From: a virus
Lineage: Duplodnaviria; Heunggongvirae; Uroviricota; Caudoviricetes
Virus record (IMG/VR): IMGVR_UViG_3300012933_000388
Span: 1-64,000 of that record
Direction: 5' to 3' (one strand)
Length of the DNA: 64,000 bases
Part shown: positions 1-9,066 of the stretch, in pieces
Position numbering within the stretch: position 1 is the first letter of the stretch
Layout of the letters: each line of letters starts with the position of its first letter
Notes under the pieces: model-generated
Seen by the model: only the letters and a program-made list of their open reading frames with translations
Databases searched by the model: none
What the model was told of the DNA's origin: nothing
Program-made: the position numbers and the translations under genes

Positions 1-22
1 GTGCCGTGGTAACTTCCCTTCA

Positions 23-622
23 TTGATTCCTAAGACTGATCAAGAGCGTGTGCAGAACTTGAAGAAGGAAATTGTATCAGCTCAGAATGATGTGTTCGAA
101 GTCACTGAAAAGATGGAAGGTTCTTCAATGACTGTCTACCAGATGGTCGTTGATGGTGAAATGACATTCGGTGTTTGCTCACGTAACATGGATCTGAAAG
201 AAACACAAGGTAATGCTTTCTGGGATACTGCTCGCAAAGATGACATCGAAGCTAAGATGAAAGCCGTCGATGAGTTCTGGTCATTCGCTATTCAAGGTGA
301 GTTGATTGGTCCTGGCGTTCAAGGTAACATCTATGGTTTGAAAGAACCAATGTTTGTTGTGTTCGATGTATATGACATTCAAGCGGGCGAATACATCCCA
401 CCAGATGCTCGACGTGAGTTGATTGATAATATGGGGTTGAACCATGTGCCAGTGTTGAACGAGCGTTACACTTTGACTCAAACTGTTGATGAGATCCTCG
501 CTTCTGCTGAGGGTCAATCGACCTTCGCTAAAGTGGAACGTGAAGGTATCGTGTTCAAACAAGCGATGGGCGGGTTCTCGTTCAAAGCGATTTCGAACAA
601 GTACCTCCTAGGTGAAAAGTAA
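23..622 (+). CDS. RNA ligase, Rnl2 family (T4 RnlB-like nucleotidyltransferase domain, no C-terminal domain)
   Basis: Motifs EKMEG (I, approx residue 30), FAIQGELIGPGVQGN (III), EGIVFK (IV) and FKAISNK (V) parallel T4 Rnl2 KIHG / FGEFAGPGIQ / EGYVLK / AIKCKN. The ORF is open to the window edge, so the start may be TTG at 23 or lie upstream of the window. Confidence 0.6.
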   Translation: MIPKTDQERVQNLKKEIVSAQNDVFEVTEKMEGSSMTVYQMVVDGEMTFGVCSRNMDLKETQGNAFWDTARKDDIEAKMKAVDEFWSFAIQGELIGPGVQGNIYGLKEPMFVVFDVYDIQAGEYIPPDARRELIDNMGLNHVPVLNERYTLTQTVDEILASAEGQSTFAKVEREGIVFKQAMGGFSFKAISNKYLLGEK

Positions 623-1013
623 TATGAATAGCCGAATAGAAGAACTGGCTAATGATTCGTTTGCATATGCGCAGACGCGTCATAGTCAGCATTCACCTGA
701 ACTAATTCGCACATTCACATCGAAGTTTGCTGAGCTTTTGATCCGCGACGTAATGGAAACACGGAACATGGGCGAGAGCGACCGCGAGCATCTTTGTTCG
801 TACTATGGTCTTGAGTATAAGCCAGTCATGATGAAGCATCCGGAGTATGGGGATCTATATCAGTTGGATGAATGGGACGAGGCAGTAAACGCTGGTTATT
901 TCAATTCAGATGATGGCTCAGGATATTGGGCAACGAAGACAGAATATGCATACGTCTCTTGCTGGGACGAATGCCCAGAATGGGCAACTCACATATTGTG
1001 GTTCAACAAGTAA
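612..1013 (+). CDS. hypothetical protein, long member of the KFAELLIR paralog family
   Basis: ORF 133 aa. Contains SKFAELLIRDVMET, a block shared with five later small ORFs. Followed by a terminator. Confidence 0.45.
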   Translation: MKSNMNSRIEELANDSFAYAQTRHSQHSPELIRTFTSKFAELLIRDVMETRNMGESDREHLCSYYGLEYKPVMMKHPEYGDLYQLDEWDEAVNAGYFNSDDGSGYWATKTEYAYVSCWDECPEWATHILWFNK

Positions 1014-1030
1014 CTATTTTCTCCCCTTTT

Positions 1031-1058
1031 GCGCCCGCTTGTCGGGCGTTCTTTTTTT
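1031..1058 (+). terminator. rho-independent terminator
   Basis: GCGCCCG-cttgt-CGGGCG stem followed by a T7 run. Confidence 0.6.
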
Positions 1059-1074
1059 GGTGTATAATACTTGT

Positions 1075-1599
1075 ATGGAAACACTAGCACAACACATGAA
1101 GACACGTCACATGGACGTCAATCTCCACCACCCAGTATTGGATGAAGTGGAACGTGTTGCTACGTTCTATCTTTGGAACCTCAGTGGGCAGTTAGTTGGC
1201 TACCAACAATACAGGCCAGAAGGCGAGAAGAAGCCAAACAACAACCCACGAGAAGGTAAGTATTACACATACAGAAAGCAGCCTACGGTTGTTGTATGGG
1301 GTGTAGAATCGCTTCACCTTACACCGCATGTTGTATTCCTGACCGAGGGTGTGTTCGACGCTGCTAGGCTGACAGAACGTGGTGTTAGTGCACTTGCAAT
1401 CCTCAGTTGTAACACAGGCTGGGACTTACGCAACTGGTTAAGCATGCTCAATCGAAAGGTTGTTGCTGTTTGTGATGGCGATAAGGCAGGCGCGCAGCTT
1501 GCCAAGTTTGGTAATGTCAGTCTTTGTATGCTTGGGGGTAAAGACCTTGGAGATGCTGATGATGCGACTGTTGATATGCTAGTGAGGGAGTTTGTGTAA
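1075..1599 (+). CDS. Toprim-domain protein
   Basis: VVFLTEGVFDAARL (catalytic Glu) and VAVCDGDKAGAQLA (DxD) Toprim signatures. In-frame ATG at 1075 just after the terminator and a TATAAT at 1063-1068. The table ORF 910-1599 overlaps the previous gene, so the shorter start is preferred. Confidence 0.5.
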   Translation: METLAQHMKTRHMDVNLHHPVLDEVERVATFYLWNLSGQLVGYQQYRPEGEKKPNNNPREGKYYTYRKQPTVVVWGVESLHLTPHVVFLTEGVFDAARLTERGVSALAILSCNTGWDLRNWLSMLNRKVVAVCDGDKAGAQLAKFGNVSLCMLGGKDLGDADDATVDMLVREFV

Positions 1600-2210
1600 T
1601 GCCAGCCGTGCACCTATCAGGTCAACACAACGTAACATTCGTCCACATTCCTAAGTCTGCTGGTACTAGTGTAGGCAACTGGATAGTGGATCATGCTGAC
1701 GAGAGTGCTGTAATGTTGTGGTGGAATCATCCAACACTCGCTCAGATGAGACGTACTTGCAGTACCAACTTTTCAATTGCGGTGGTGAGGAATCCATGGG
1801 ACAGACTTGTTAGCATGTATCATTATGCTCAGTTTGGCACAAGTCCTCATCCAGCTATCGACTCTGATATGATTCACGAGATGTTTATCAGAGCAAACAA
1901 CTATAAGGTTTGGCCAACGTTCGATGAGTGGGTGTCCAACCTACCTTCATTCTACACTACACCAAACCAACAGGGCATGGATATGTCGCAGATGTATTGG
2001 ATTGGGGATGGAGTCGACTTGGTGATCAAGATGGAGACCATCGAACAGCAGTTTGAGGTGGTACAGGAAATGTTTAAGTGTGGTGATCCACTACCAAAGC
2101 AGAATACAACCAACCATGGTCATTATAGCAAATACTATGATGCTCGAACGAGAGATCTAGTTGCGAGATGGTTTAAGCGTGACATCGAAGCATGGCACTA
2201 TGAGTTTTAA
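1599..2210 (+). CDS. PAPS-dependent sulfotransferase-family protein
   Basis: 5'-PSB-like FVHIPKSAGTS and 3'-PB-like VVRNPWDRLVSMY motifs typical of carbohydrate/NodH-type sulfotransferases. ATGA-type coupling to the upstream gene. Confidence 0.5.
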   Translation: MPAVHLSGQHNVTFVHIPKSAGTSVGNWIVDHADESAVMLWWNHPTLAQMRRTCSTNFSIAVVRNPWDRLVSMYHYAQFGTSPHPAIDSDMIHEMFIRANNYKVWPTFDEWVSNLPSFYTTPNQQGMDMSQMYWIGDGVDLVIKMETIEQQFEVVQEMFKCGDPLPKQNTTNHGHYSKYYDARTRDLVARWFKRDIEAWHYEF

Positions 2211-2223
2211 TTAGGAGACAGAT

Positions 2224-2661
2224 ATGACAAGTATGATTTTAGTTCGTGGATTGCCAGGCTCTGGTAAGTCTACTGTTGCGAAGACTTTGATTGGTTTCTA
2301 CATGCACGTGGAAGCGGATATGTTCTGGATCAACGACTGTGGCGAATATGACTTCGATATCAAACGAATCGGAGAAGCACATTCGTGGTGTCAGAACCGA
2401 GTGTATGAGTTGATGGCTGCTGGGTTTAGTGTTGTTGTGTCTAATACATTCACAACATTGAAAGAGATGGCACCATACTTTGAAATGGCCCGCGACTTTG
2501 ATTGTGTTCCACAGATCATTGCCTGCCAAGGACAATATGGTAGCATCCATGGTGTGCCTGATGAGGCAATTACAAGAATGCGAGATCGATTTGTTTGGGA
2601 CGTGTCGCCATTGTATGATCTTGAATCAGCTTTTTGGCAAGATCGTACCTTGCAGCCTTAG
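2224..2661 (+). CDS. P-loop kinase, T4 polynucleotide kinase (Pnk) kinase-domain-like; no phosphatase domain
   Basis: Walker A VRGLPGSGKST. SVVVSNTFTTLKE parallels T4 Pnk GVIISDTNLNPER. 145 aa. Confidence 0.5.
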   Translation: MTSMILVRGLPGSGKSTVAKTLIGFYMHVEADMFWINDCGEYDFDIKRIGEAHSWCQNRVYELMAAGFSVVVSNTFTTLKEMAPYFEMARDFDCVPQIIACQGQYGSIHGVPDEAITRMRDRFVWDVSPLYDLESAFWQDRTLQP

Positions 2662-3277
2662 ACTTCGACCCGAGTACAACAATAATGTGCTCGGGAGTAG
2701 TCATAGCAACACACCAACCAGCTGCATTAGTGAACCCAGTCTTTGACACAGTAACATGGGTAAACTGAGTTAACAGATTATAGTTGGTATTTTGAAGGAG
2801 GGTTAGATGAGCCCTCTTTCCTTTTGGCATAACGGTTTGTACTGTAGGATGAGACGCAGCTCGTATCTCATCAAACTTCATCGCATATGCAATTAGCAGA
2901 GCAACATCCTCAGCAGTCGATATATTCATGCCGAGGCCAGATGGATCAATGAACCTAGTATTGGACATACCAAGCTGTCGAGCTCTAAAGTTCATAGCCT
3001 GGATGAATTTATCGCGACCATATGTTGCTGCGATCGCCTCAGCGGACTTATTATTGCTTTGCACTAGCATGGTGTCGATCAGGTAACGATCGTCGACTCC
3101 CAACTCCAAAGCAACAATTGCCGTCATCAGCTTAGTGATGCTAGCTAGTGGTCTTTGTTGGGATGAATCTTGTTCTACTACTACTTTGTTGTGTCGTATG
3201 TCATATACGAGAATCGATTCCTTGGCTTGCAAGGCTGTAGCGAAAAACAATGAGAAGATGATTAGAAGTCTTTTCAT
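2570..3277 (-). CDS. secreted D-alanyl-D-alanine carboxypeptidase/endopeptidase (PBP-like, peptidase S11)
   Basis: Signal peptide MKRLLIIFSLFFATALQA. Active-site SxxK (ASITK) and SxN (QSNN) motifs. 3' end overlaps the convergent kinase gene by about 90 nt. Confidence 0.6.
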   Translation of the reverse strand: MKRLLIIFSLFFATALQAKESILVYDIRHNKVVVEQDSSQQRPLASITKLMTAIVALELGVDDRYLIDTMLVQSNNKSAEAIAATYGRDKFIQAMNFRARQLGMSNTRFIDPSGLGMNISTAEDVALLIAYAMKFDEIRAASHPTVQTVMPKGKRAHLTLLQNTNYNLLTQFTHVTVSKTGFTNAAGWCVAMTTPEHIIVVLGSKSKAARYDLAKKLIQDHTMATRPKQIDLAFL

Positions 3278-3392
3278 AATTAGTGCCCCGTTTATGTCCT
3301 CCCACCTGGCGTAGTGGGATGTAGTAGGACGGGGCCACTCCTTTGTACACCTATCGTAAGTTTAACGGTCCTAAGGTAGGTGTGTTCTTTAG

Positions 3393-3755
3393 TTACCAGG
3401 CCTTGCAGGACCAGTAACGTGCTTTATCTTTTGGACCAGGGTTGTCACAATTGTGACGAGCTCTGAATGAAGAACGACGTGCAGGAATATTCTTCTTGAT
3501 CGTCATGTTCTTATCGCCGAAGTTTACTTTCTTAGCCTTGCCATCACCATCAGGATCGACGTAGACTTTAGACTTCTTAACATCGCCAGCCATTGGCTTG
3601 TTGAGAGGAACCTTCTTACCTTGGTAAGTCGCTTCATCGATTTCAGATTCTTCCTTAACGCAAGAATCTTCAGCGCATGGCTTTGTTCCAGCCTTACGCT
3701 TATACCCCTTCCAACAGGTACAATTCTCACTGATAAAGTATTTGAAAGACAACAT
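3393..3755 (-). CDS. hypothetical Lys/Cys-rich protein downstream of the tail fiber gene
   Basis: ORF 120 aa on the same strand, directly after fiber gene 3785-7078. Possible fiber-associated or assembly protein. Confidence 0.35.
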   Translation of the reverse strand: MLSFKYFISENCTCWKGYKRKAGTKPCAEDSCVKEESEIDEATYQGKKVPLNKPMAGDVKKSKVYVDPDGDGKAKKVNFGDKNMTIKKNIPARRSSFRARHNCDNPGPKDKARYWSCKAW

Positions 3756-3784
3756 CGATTATTCCTTTTTGAGTTTATTTATCG

Positions 3785-6700
3785 TCATGCGCCACGCAAC
3801 ATACAACCGTTGAACCAAGTAATAGCTGAGTTATTAACTGCCGTAACAGTTACGTTCCCGCCCGAACCTTGCTGAACGTATATTTCAAAGTAATCACCAG
3901 TGCCGTTTGCATACACCAATGAGCTTACTTGCATTGCCCAGAAGTTGGTAGCAATTTGCGCTCCTCTCTGGTTTATGCCACGCTTGTATTCTGTACCGTT
4001 TTTGTAAAGAATAATCATTATTTCGCCAGTGCCACTGGCACCATCTAGTCGAACTTCTGCATTCAATTGATAATAGCCTTCAACCGTAGGGGTGAATCTC
4101 GAGCTAGCGTAATTATTATTGGTGTCAAACTCTTCTACTTGAAATAGGACCTTGGTCTGAACATCAGTTGGAATTGTTTGGAGTGTGTTGTTTGCATATG
4201 CGGAGAATGCAGGACCATTGACTGCTTGCTTACCACCGACGGTGATCGGGCCTGGAACATTTAGCGCGCCCGTATCAGATAAAGAAAATATTGTTGCACT
4301 ATACGCACTGTTAATAATTTCTATTCCACCAACACTATTCAATCGGAACGATTTAGTGTTTGCGGTTGCACCAGCAGTTTTATTTGTGACCTTTAAGAAG
4401 TCAGCATACCCAGTACCGCCTTGCGTATTGGAAGCATTAACAATTAATGGATAACCGGTTGGAGTTGCACCAGCATATGTCAATGTTAAAGTATTGCTGT
4501 TGACGTTGACGGCAGAGATAGCACCGACGAAGCTAATGTTGTTTGAAGTGAGTGACGCAACACCATTAGCATATGCATACTGATTGGCAGCAATGCCGCT
4601 AAGGTATAGTGCGTTGTTAGCAGTGCCGGATATGTTGTCTGGTATCACGATCCCTGACACTTGCTCAACGTTAACAATAACTGCTGGTGTACCAGGTACT
4701 GTTGGTGTTGTACCGGCTGCATATGAAACCAATTTCACATGGCCGCCTTCGGATGAGTGCATCACCTGAACTCTATCACCAGCGTTGACAGTCACCATGA
4801 ACGGAGTAACAGCAATCAAGCTTCCAGGATCCTGACCAGTGTTCTTTCTATTGACTGAAAATCTACTATTAGTGTTTGTTTGATCGGTGCCGTTGATTCG
4901 AATCCACACATTGACGTCGTCGTCGGAATTACCATTATTTTCATACTGGTTGCTATATTCAATGTGGTATGTACCGCTATGTGCAAAGACTATATCGTTG
5001 TTGCTACCGACCGTTACGCCGTTTGTTCCATCATATGATGCAGTAATAGGAACGACGTATGCGTTGGTTGTATTAGATAACGCAACGTTAGCGCCGTTAT
5101 AGTAGAACGCCCCAAAGTATCCAGTAGTGAAGTTGTTAGATGTTCCGTTCTGGTTAATCCACTGGCTAAGCGCAGTGTTGTATGTCAACACTTGATTGTT
5201 CAACGGACCAGTAATAGTAACATCAGTCAGACTATCGATCGTAGTTGGAATCGTTGGCTTATTCTTAATGAAGTCAATCGCTAATGTATTCGATTGATTC
5301 CAATCAGTTTGAATCTGAGATGCAGTGGCATTAGTCCAATATACTCCTGTACCATTGGAGGCTAACACTTGGCCAGCAGATCCTTTAGCATTGTTTGCTG
5401 TAATCGATACAAGGGTTGCGTTGTTGGTATTAATGCCTGTTGAGTCGATAGTTGCTGTAGTGATTAGTGTATTGCTACCTACAGGCGTTGTTTGGAATGT
5501 TATCTTTGTGCCTGTATTGGCAGTATAGAAGTCTTCAGCAGCGTTCAAGTTGATACGAACAATACTACCTACGTACGTGTTGCTACCTGCCGCCCACCCT
5601 TGAGCTGTCAGACGCAACAAAGTATCGCCCGACAGCGTTGGTAGCGGTGAAGCTGCTGTTCCTCGAGCAGCCCTACCAGCAACAGATGCATATGCACCAG
5701 CACCATATGCATCAAAACCAATACGTGCTGGCTGCCCATCTTGCGCAACCGCTTGGATTAACGATCCAGAGAAGTTGCGAGGTTGAATGTCTCCTGTACT
5801 GGATCCGACTATTGTTAATGCCGCCTGTGATGTTAGTAGTGTTGCTGGAGTGTTGATAGTTACCAGACCCTCACGAGTTACACCGAATGTTTGGTTGCCA
5901 GTATCATAGCTGTTTACTACAATCGGGCGGTTGATGACAAGATTGCCAGTCCCTAATGTCGCTCCAATATAAAACGTTGCTTCTGTATTAGTTAACTGTA
6001 TGTAATTGTTTTGCAATAAAAAGTTACCAACACGAAGACCGCCATTAGATTGTTGTGTTGTATTTGCAATCGCAATATAGAATATACCATTAGCAAGTGT
6101 TAACTTTTGATCTGGAAACCCTGTCGTCTGATCTGCAAATGTAACAGAATTACCACCAACCCAAATGGACTCCCAGCGGTTGGTATTATTGCCGAGCGAG
6201 TATGTTAAGCTAGTATTCGGAATGATGGATGATGGAACGTGCAACCAGTCGACTGTTGTATTAGCGCTGATTACTTGATTACTAATTGTAATAGTTGTAC
6301 CGTCAATCTTTACACCACCCTTAGTGGTAGTAGAAGCAGTAGGGAGGACATAACCACCAGGGCCCCCGCCCGTTGGATCTTGTGCGGTCCACTTCTTGAT
6401 AGATTCATTATATGTAAGCACCTGGCCGTCTGTAGCACCAAGAACAGACGAACGAGCAACATCATCCAAGTCTCTTAACCATACTGCACCACCGCCTGGC
6501 CCGGTCATGGAAATCTTACCAACCCAACCTTCCAACAATTTCAACTTCTGTTGAATGTCCTTCAAGTCTCTACCAGTAACTTCTGGAGCAGGCTGGACGA
6601 ACATCGAAGGCGGTTGACCCTTCTTCTTAATTTTCTTAGCTGCCTCTTTGGCAAGTGATGGCTCTTCAATGGGCGCAAGGATCGCTTCCTCAATCACTTC

Positions 6701-7078
6701 TGGAATCTCAACAATACCTTCCAGGACATCCTCAACCTGTTGACCTTGGTCCGCATCCTCGGCGATAGTCACTTGTGGTTCGTCGGAAACTGCATTAGCC
6801 TTGATATCGTCAATCTTCGCGAGCACAGTCGCAAAACGATCTAACAGAGCCTGTTCTTCCGCGCTCTTTTGCTTTTCTTCAGCCATCAGCTTGCTAATCT
6901 GGCCAGAAAGGTCAGCGAACGTAGATTTGAAAACAGCCTTACGTTCTTCTTGTAAAGCAATCTGTTTCTTTTCTTTTTGTTCTTCAGCTATAATCTGGTC
7001 AAACACAGACTGTTCTGTCTCTACACCGAGACGTTCGTTCATTTTGACAATGAGGCGGAGTTCTTTTAGTTTATTCAT
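3785..7078 (-). CDS. tail fiber protein
   Basis: 1097 aa. N-terminal coiled-coil (EEQKEKKQIALQEERK...), repeated QVLTYN..W units, and a long Gly/Thr/Asn/Ser-rich beta-type body. Late-type AGATAAATATT motif 6 nt before the ATG. Confidence 0.7.
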   Translation of the reverse strand: MNKLKELRLIVKMNERLGVETEQSVFDQIIAEEQKEKKQIALQEERKAVFKSTFADLSGQISKLMAEEKQKSAEEQALLDRFATVLAKIDDIKANAVSDEPQVTIAEDADQGQQVEDVLEGIVEIPEVIEEAILAPIEEPSLAKEAAKKIKKKGQPPSMFVQPAPEVTGRDLKDIQQKLKLLEGWVGKISMTGPGGGAVWLRDLDDVARSSVLGATDGQVLTYNESIKKWTAQDPTGGGPGGYVLPTASTTTKGGVKIDGTTITISNQVISANTTVDWLHVPSSIIPNTSLTYSLGNNTNRWESIWVGGNSVTFADQTTGFPDQKLTLANGIFYIAIANTTQQSNGGLRVGNFLLQNNYIQLTNTEATFYIGATLGTGNLVINRPIVVNSYDTGNQTFGVTREGLVTINTPATLLTSQAALTIVGSSTGDIQPRNFSGSLIQAVAQDGQPARIGFDAYGAGAYASVAGRAARGTAASPLPTLSGDTLLRLTAQGWAAGSNTYVGSIVRINLNAAEDFYTANTGTKITFQTTPVGSNTLITTATIDSTGINTNNATLVSITANNAKGSAGQVLASNGTGVYWTNATASQIQTDWNQSNTLAIDFIKNKPTIPTTIDSLTDVTITGPLNNQVLTYNTALSQWINQNGTSNNFTTGYFGAFYYNGANVALSNTTNAYVVPITASYDGTNGVTVGSNNDIVFAHSGTYHIEYSNQYENNGNSDDDVNVWIRINGTDQTNTNSRFSVNRKNTGQDPGSLIAVTPFMVTVNAGDRVQVMHSSEGGHVKLVSYAAGTTPTVPGTPAVIVNVEQVSGIVIPDNISGTANNALYLSGIAANQYAYANGVASLTSNNISFVGAISAVNVNSNTLTLTYAGATPTGYPLIVNASNTQGGTGYADFLKVTNKTAGATANTKSFRLNSVGGIEIINSAYSATIFSLSDTGALNVPGPITVGGKQAVNGPAFSAYANNTLQTIPTDVQTKVLFQVEEFDTNNNYASSRFTPTVEGYYQLNAEVRLDGASGTGEIMIILYKNGTEYKRGINQRGAQIATNFWAMQVSSLVYANGTGDYFEIYVQQGSGGNVTVTAVNNSAITWFNGCMLRGA

Positions 7079-7153
7079 GGATAATATTTATCTGTTGCCA
7101 ATTCCGATTGGTCACTATACAATAGACGCCAACACACTTTCAAGAGGTATACA

Positions 7154-7519
7154 ATGTTTTTTGGTAAATCTGCACAATTGCAACACGCAGAGACGCGTAT
7201 TGATTACTTGTCAAAAACAATCGATGAGTTGAACGCTCAGATCAAACAGATGCGTGAAGATGCGGAGAAAGAAAAAGAATCCGATCTACAAACTTCCACA
7301 TTTGCGATCGACTTTAATATTATGCGTGCATTTGCAATTGAGCGTAATATACACAACGGCGTTGTTTGTACTATTGTTGGACACTTCATTTCGGAGCCAG
7401 TCGCATTTACCGATGGTAACGTTGCTGCTAAAGAAGTGACTCGTGAATGGTATATGTATTGCAGCCAAGAACAACACGAGAAGTTGGTTGCAGAATTTAA
7501 CGCATACAAAAAGAAATGA
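7154..7519 (+). CDS. hypothetical protein
   Basis: ORF 121 aa with SD AAGAGG 8 nt upstream. First gene of the + strand early block. Confidence 0.4.
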   Translation: MFFGKSAQLQHAETRIDYLSKTIDELNAQIKQMREDAEKEKESDLQTSTFAIDFNIMRAFAIERNIHNGVVCTIVGHFISEPVAFTDGNVAAKEVTREWYMYCSQEQHEKLVAEFNAYKKK

Positions 7520-7703
7520 TTGCTCGAGCATTACTGACCTTCTTGGTCTTATTTGCTGTCTTTTACTTTGGTATTAATGGTTGGCGCCACATGGCTGGCA
7601 AAGACCAATGGCAGTTGGTGAAATCCGTAACTTACAGTATAATCTGTTCAGTGCTTACAATTGTGGTGCTGACCTTCTTTGTAATTTTGTTCTAAGGAAA
7701 AAT

Positions 7704-8495
7704 ATGAAACGCTTATTTGTAATGTTGATGGTAATTGGTGGCGCATTGCTCACTGGTTGTACCCGTATCGAGACTGGTACTGTTGGTTTGCGTGTCGATA
7801 TGTCACGACAGATCCAAGGTAATGAATTACAACCTGGTACATGGAACCAGACGTTGATCGGTAGTGTGCTTGAATTCCAAGTGCGATCGATTCCTACAGG
7901 TTGGGAAAACTTGACTCCACAAACCGCTGATAACTCTACACTGAAAGACTTTGACGTCAATATTGTGTATGAAGTTAATCCAGCATCTGTCTCTGAATTG
8001 TGGACTACACAATCACGAAGCTTCCACACATATGAGCATGGCGATTATATGCTGATGCGTAACTATATGTCTCAGGTATTGAGCTCTGCTGCAGCTAAAG
8101 CTGTTCGTAAGTACAAGGCATTGGAAGTTGCTGACAATCGTGAGAACATCGAAAAAGCAATCCACGACATCATGGTCAATATGTTGACTGAAGAAAAGCT
8201 CGAGAAAGCTCTTACTATTAGCCAGGTTCGTGTCACTAGTGCCACTCCTGCCGATGACATTGTAGCATCTGCTAACAACGCTGTCCGTGCTCAGAACGAT
8301 CTGAAGACCAAGCAAGTCGAAGTACAGATTGCTCAACAAGAAGCTATCCGTATCCAAACTTTGAACAGCAACTCACAAGCTATTCCATACATGAATGCAA
8401 TGGCTCAAATGGAAATTGCTAAAGCTATCCGTGAAGGTAAGGTCCACACAATTGTTGTACCTCTAGACTTCAAGGGTATTGTAAACGTCAAGTAA
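7704..8495 (+). CDS. lipoprotein, SPFH/band-7-like
   Basis: In-frame ATG with SD AAGGAAA. Signal plus lipobox LLTGC. Body resembles an SPFH domain (GTVGLRVDMSRQIQGNELQPG...). Confidence 0.4.
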   Translation: MKRLFVMLMVIGGALLTGCTRIETGTVGLRVDMSRQIQGNELQPGTWNQTLIGSVLEFQVRSIPTGWENLTPQTADNSTLKDFDVNIVYEVNPASVSELWTTQSRSFHTYEHGDYMLMRNYMSQVLSSAAAKAVRKYKALEVADNRENIEKAIHDIMVNMLTEEKLEKALTISQVRVTSATPADDIVASANNAVRAQNDLKTKQVEVQIAQQEAIRIQTLNSNSQAIPYMNAMAQMEIAKAIREGKVHTIVVPLDFKGIVNVK

Positions 8496-8505
8496 GGAGT
8501 ATATT

Positions 8506-8676
8506 ATGGGAATGTTTGATTCATTGACAGATTTTGCGGCAGCAGTTGTTGCCTCTCCAGTAACCTTGGCGGCGAAAGCCGTTGAAGTAACGGTGGACGC
8601 GGTTGCAGCTGTACCAGATGTGGCTGAGAAGGCTATCGAAAATATCGAGCAAGCCGTCGATAAGATCGGAAAATAA
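8506..8676 (+). CDS. small hypothetical protein (56 aa)
   Basis: ATG 8506 after SD AAGGAG. Stop TAA at 8674-8676. Confidence 0.3.
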   Translation: MGMFDSLTDFAAAVVASPVTLAAKAVEVTVDAVAAVPDVAEKAIENIEQAVDKIGK

Positions 8677-8677
8677 T

Positions 8678-8884
8678 ATGGGATGGAGTTCTGGTGGTGA
8701 ATTGTTAGGTGATATCGTTCTGTCCACACAGAAGGCCGTCCCTCCAAAGTACCGTAAAGAGTTATACAAGCTGTTTATCAATCATTTTGAGATGCACGAT
8801 TGTGATGTGATCTACGAATGTAAAGGACTTGACAAAGAGTTCGATAAAGCATATAATGAGTTATACCCTGATGAGGATGAATGA
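8678..8884 (+). CDS. hypothetical protein (68 aa)
   Basis: In-frame ATG at 8678 in table ORF 8603-8884. Confidence 0.35.
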   Translation: MGWSSGGELLGDIVLSTQKAVPPKYRKELYKLFINHFEMHDCDVIYECKGLDKEFDKAYNELYPDEDE

Positions 8885-9066
8885 TGGATATTAAAAAGAA
8901 AATTACTGCTGCTCAGAAACGAGTACAGAAAAAGATCGATGCGTCTTTTGCTAAGTTGGCAGAAGAAACCAAAGCTGCATTTGAAGCAGCTCGCACAGAG
9001 AAGAAATAACCCCCGCAGTGTGCGTAGGGGCAATGTCAATAAGTCCTCTCCGATAAGGAATATATT

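Noticed and set aside
3785-7078. Many short ORFs on the opposite strand or in other frames inside the tail fiber gene (for example 4185-4454, 4584-4769, 5325-5528, 5638-5856, 6239-6478).
   Set aside because: These are shadow ORFs inside a long, well-supported CDS. They have no SDs, and their composition is dictated by the Gly/Thr/Asn-rich sense frame.
7581-7703. Upstream extension of the SPFH lipoprotein ORF (table start 7581).
   Set aside because: The extension has no SD and precedes a good SD-ATG at 7704 that starts a canonical signal peptide and lipobox. The shorter model was chosen.
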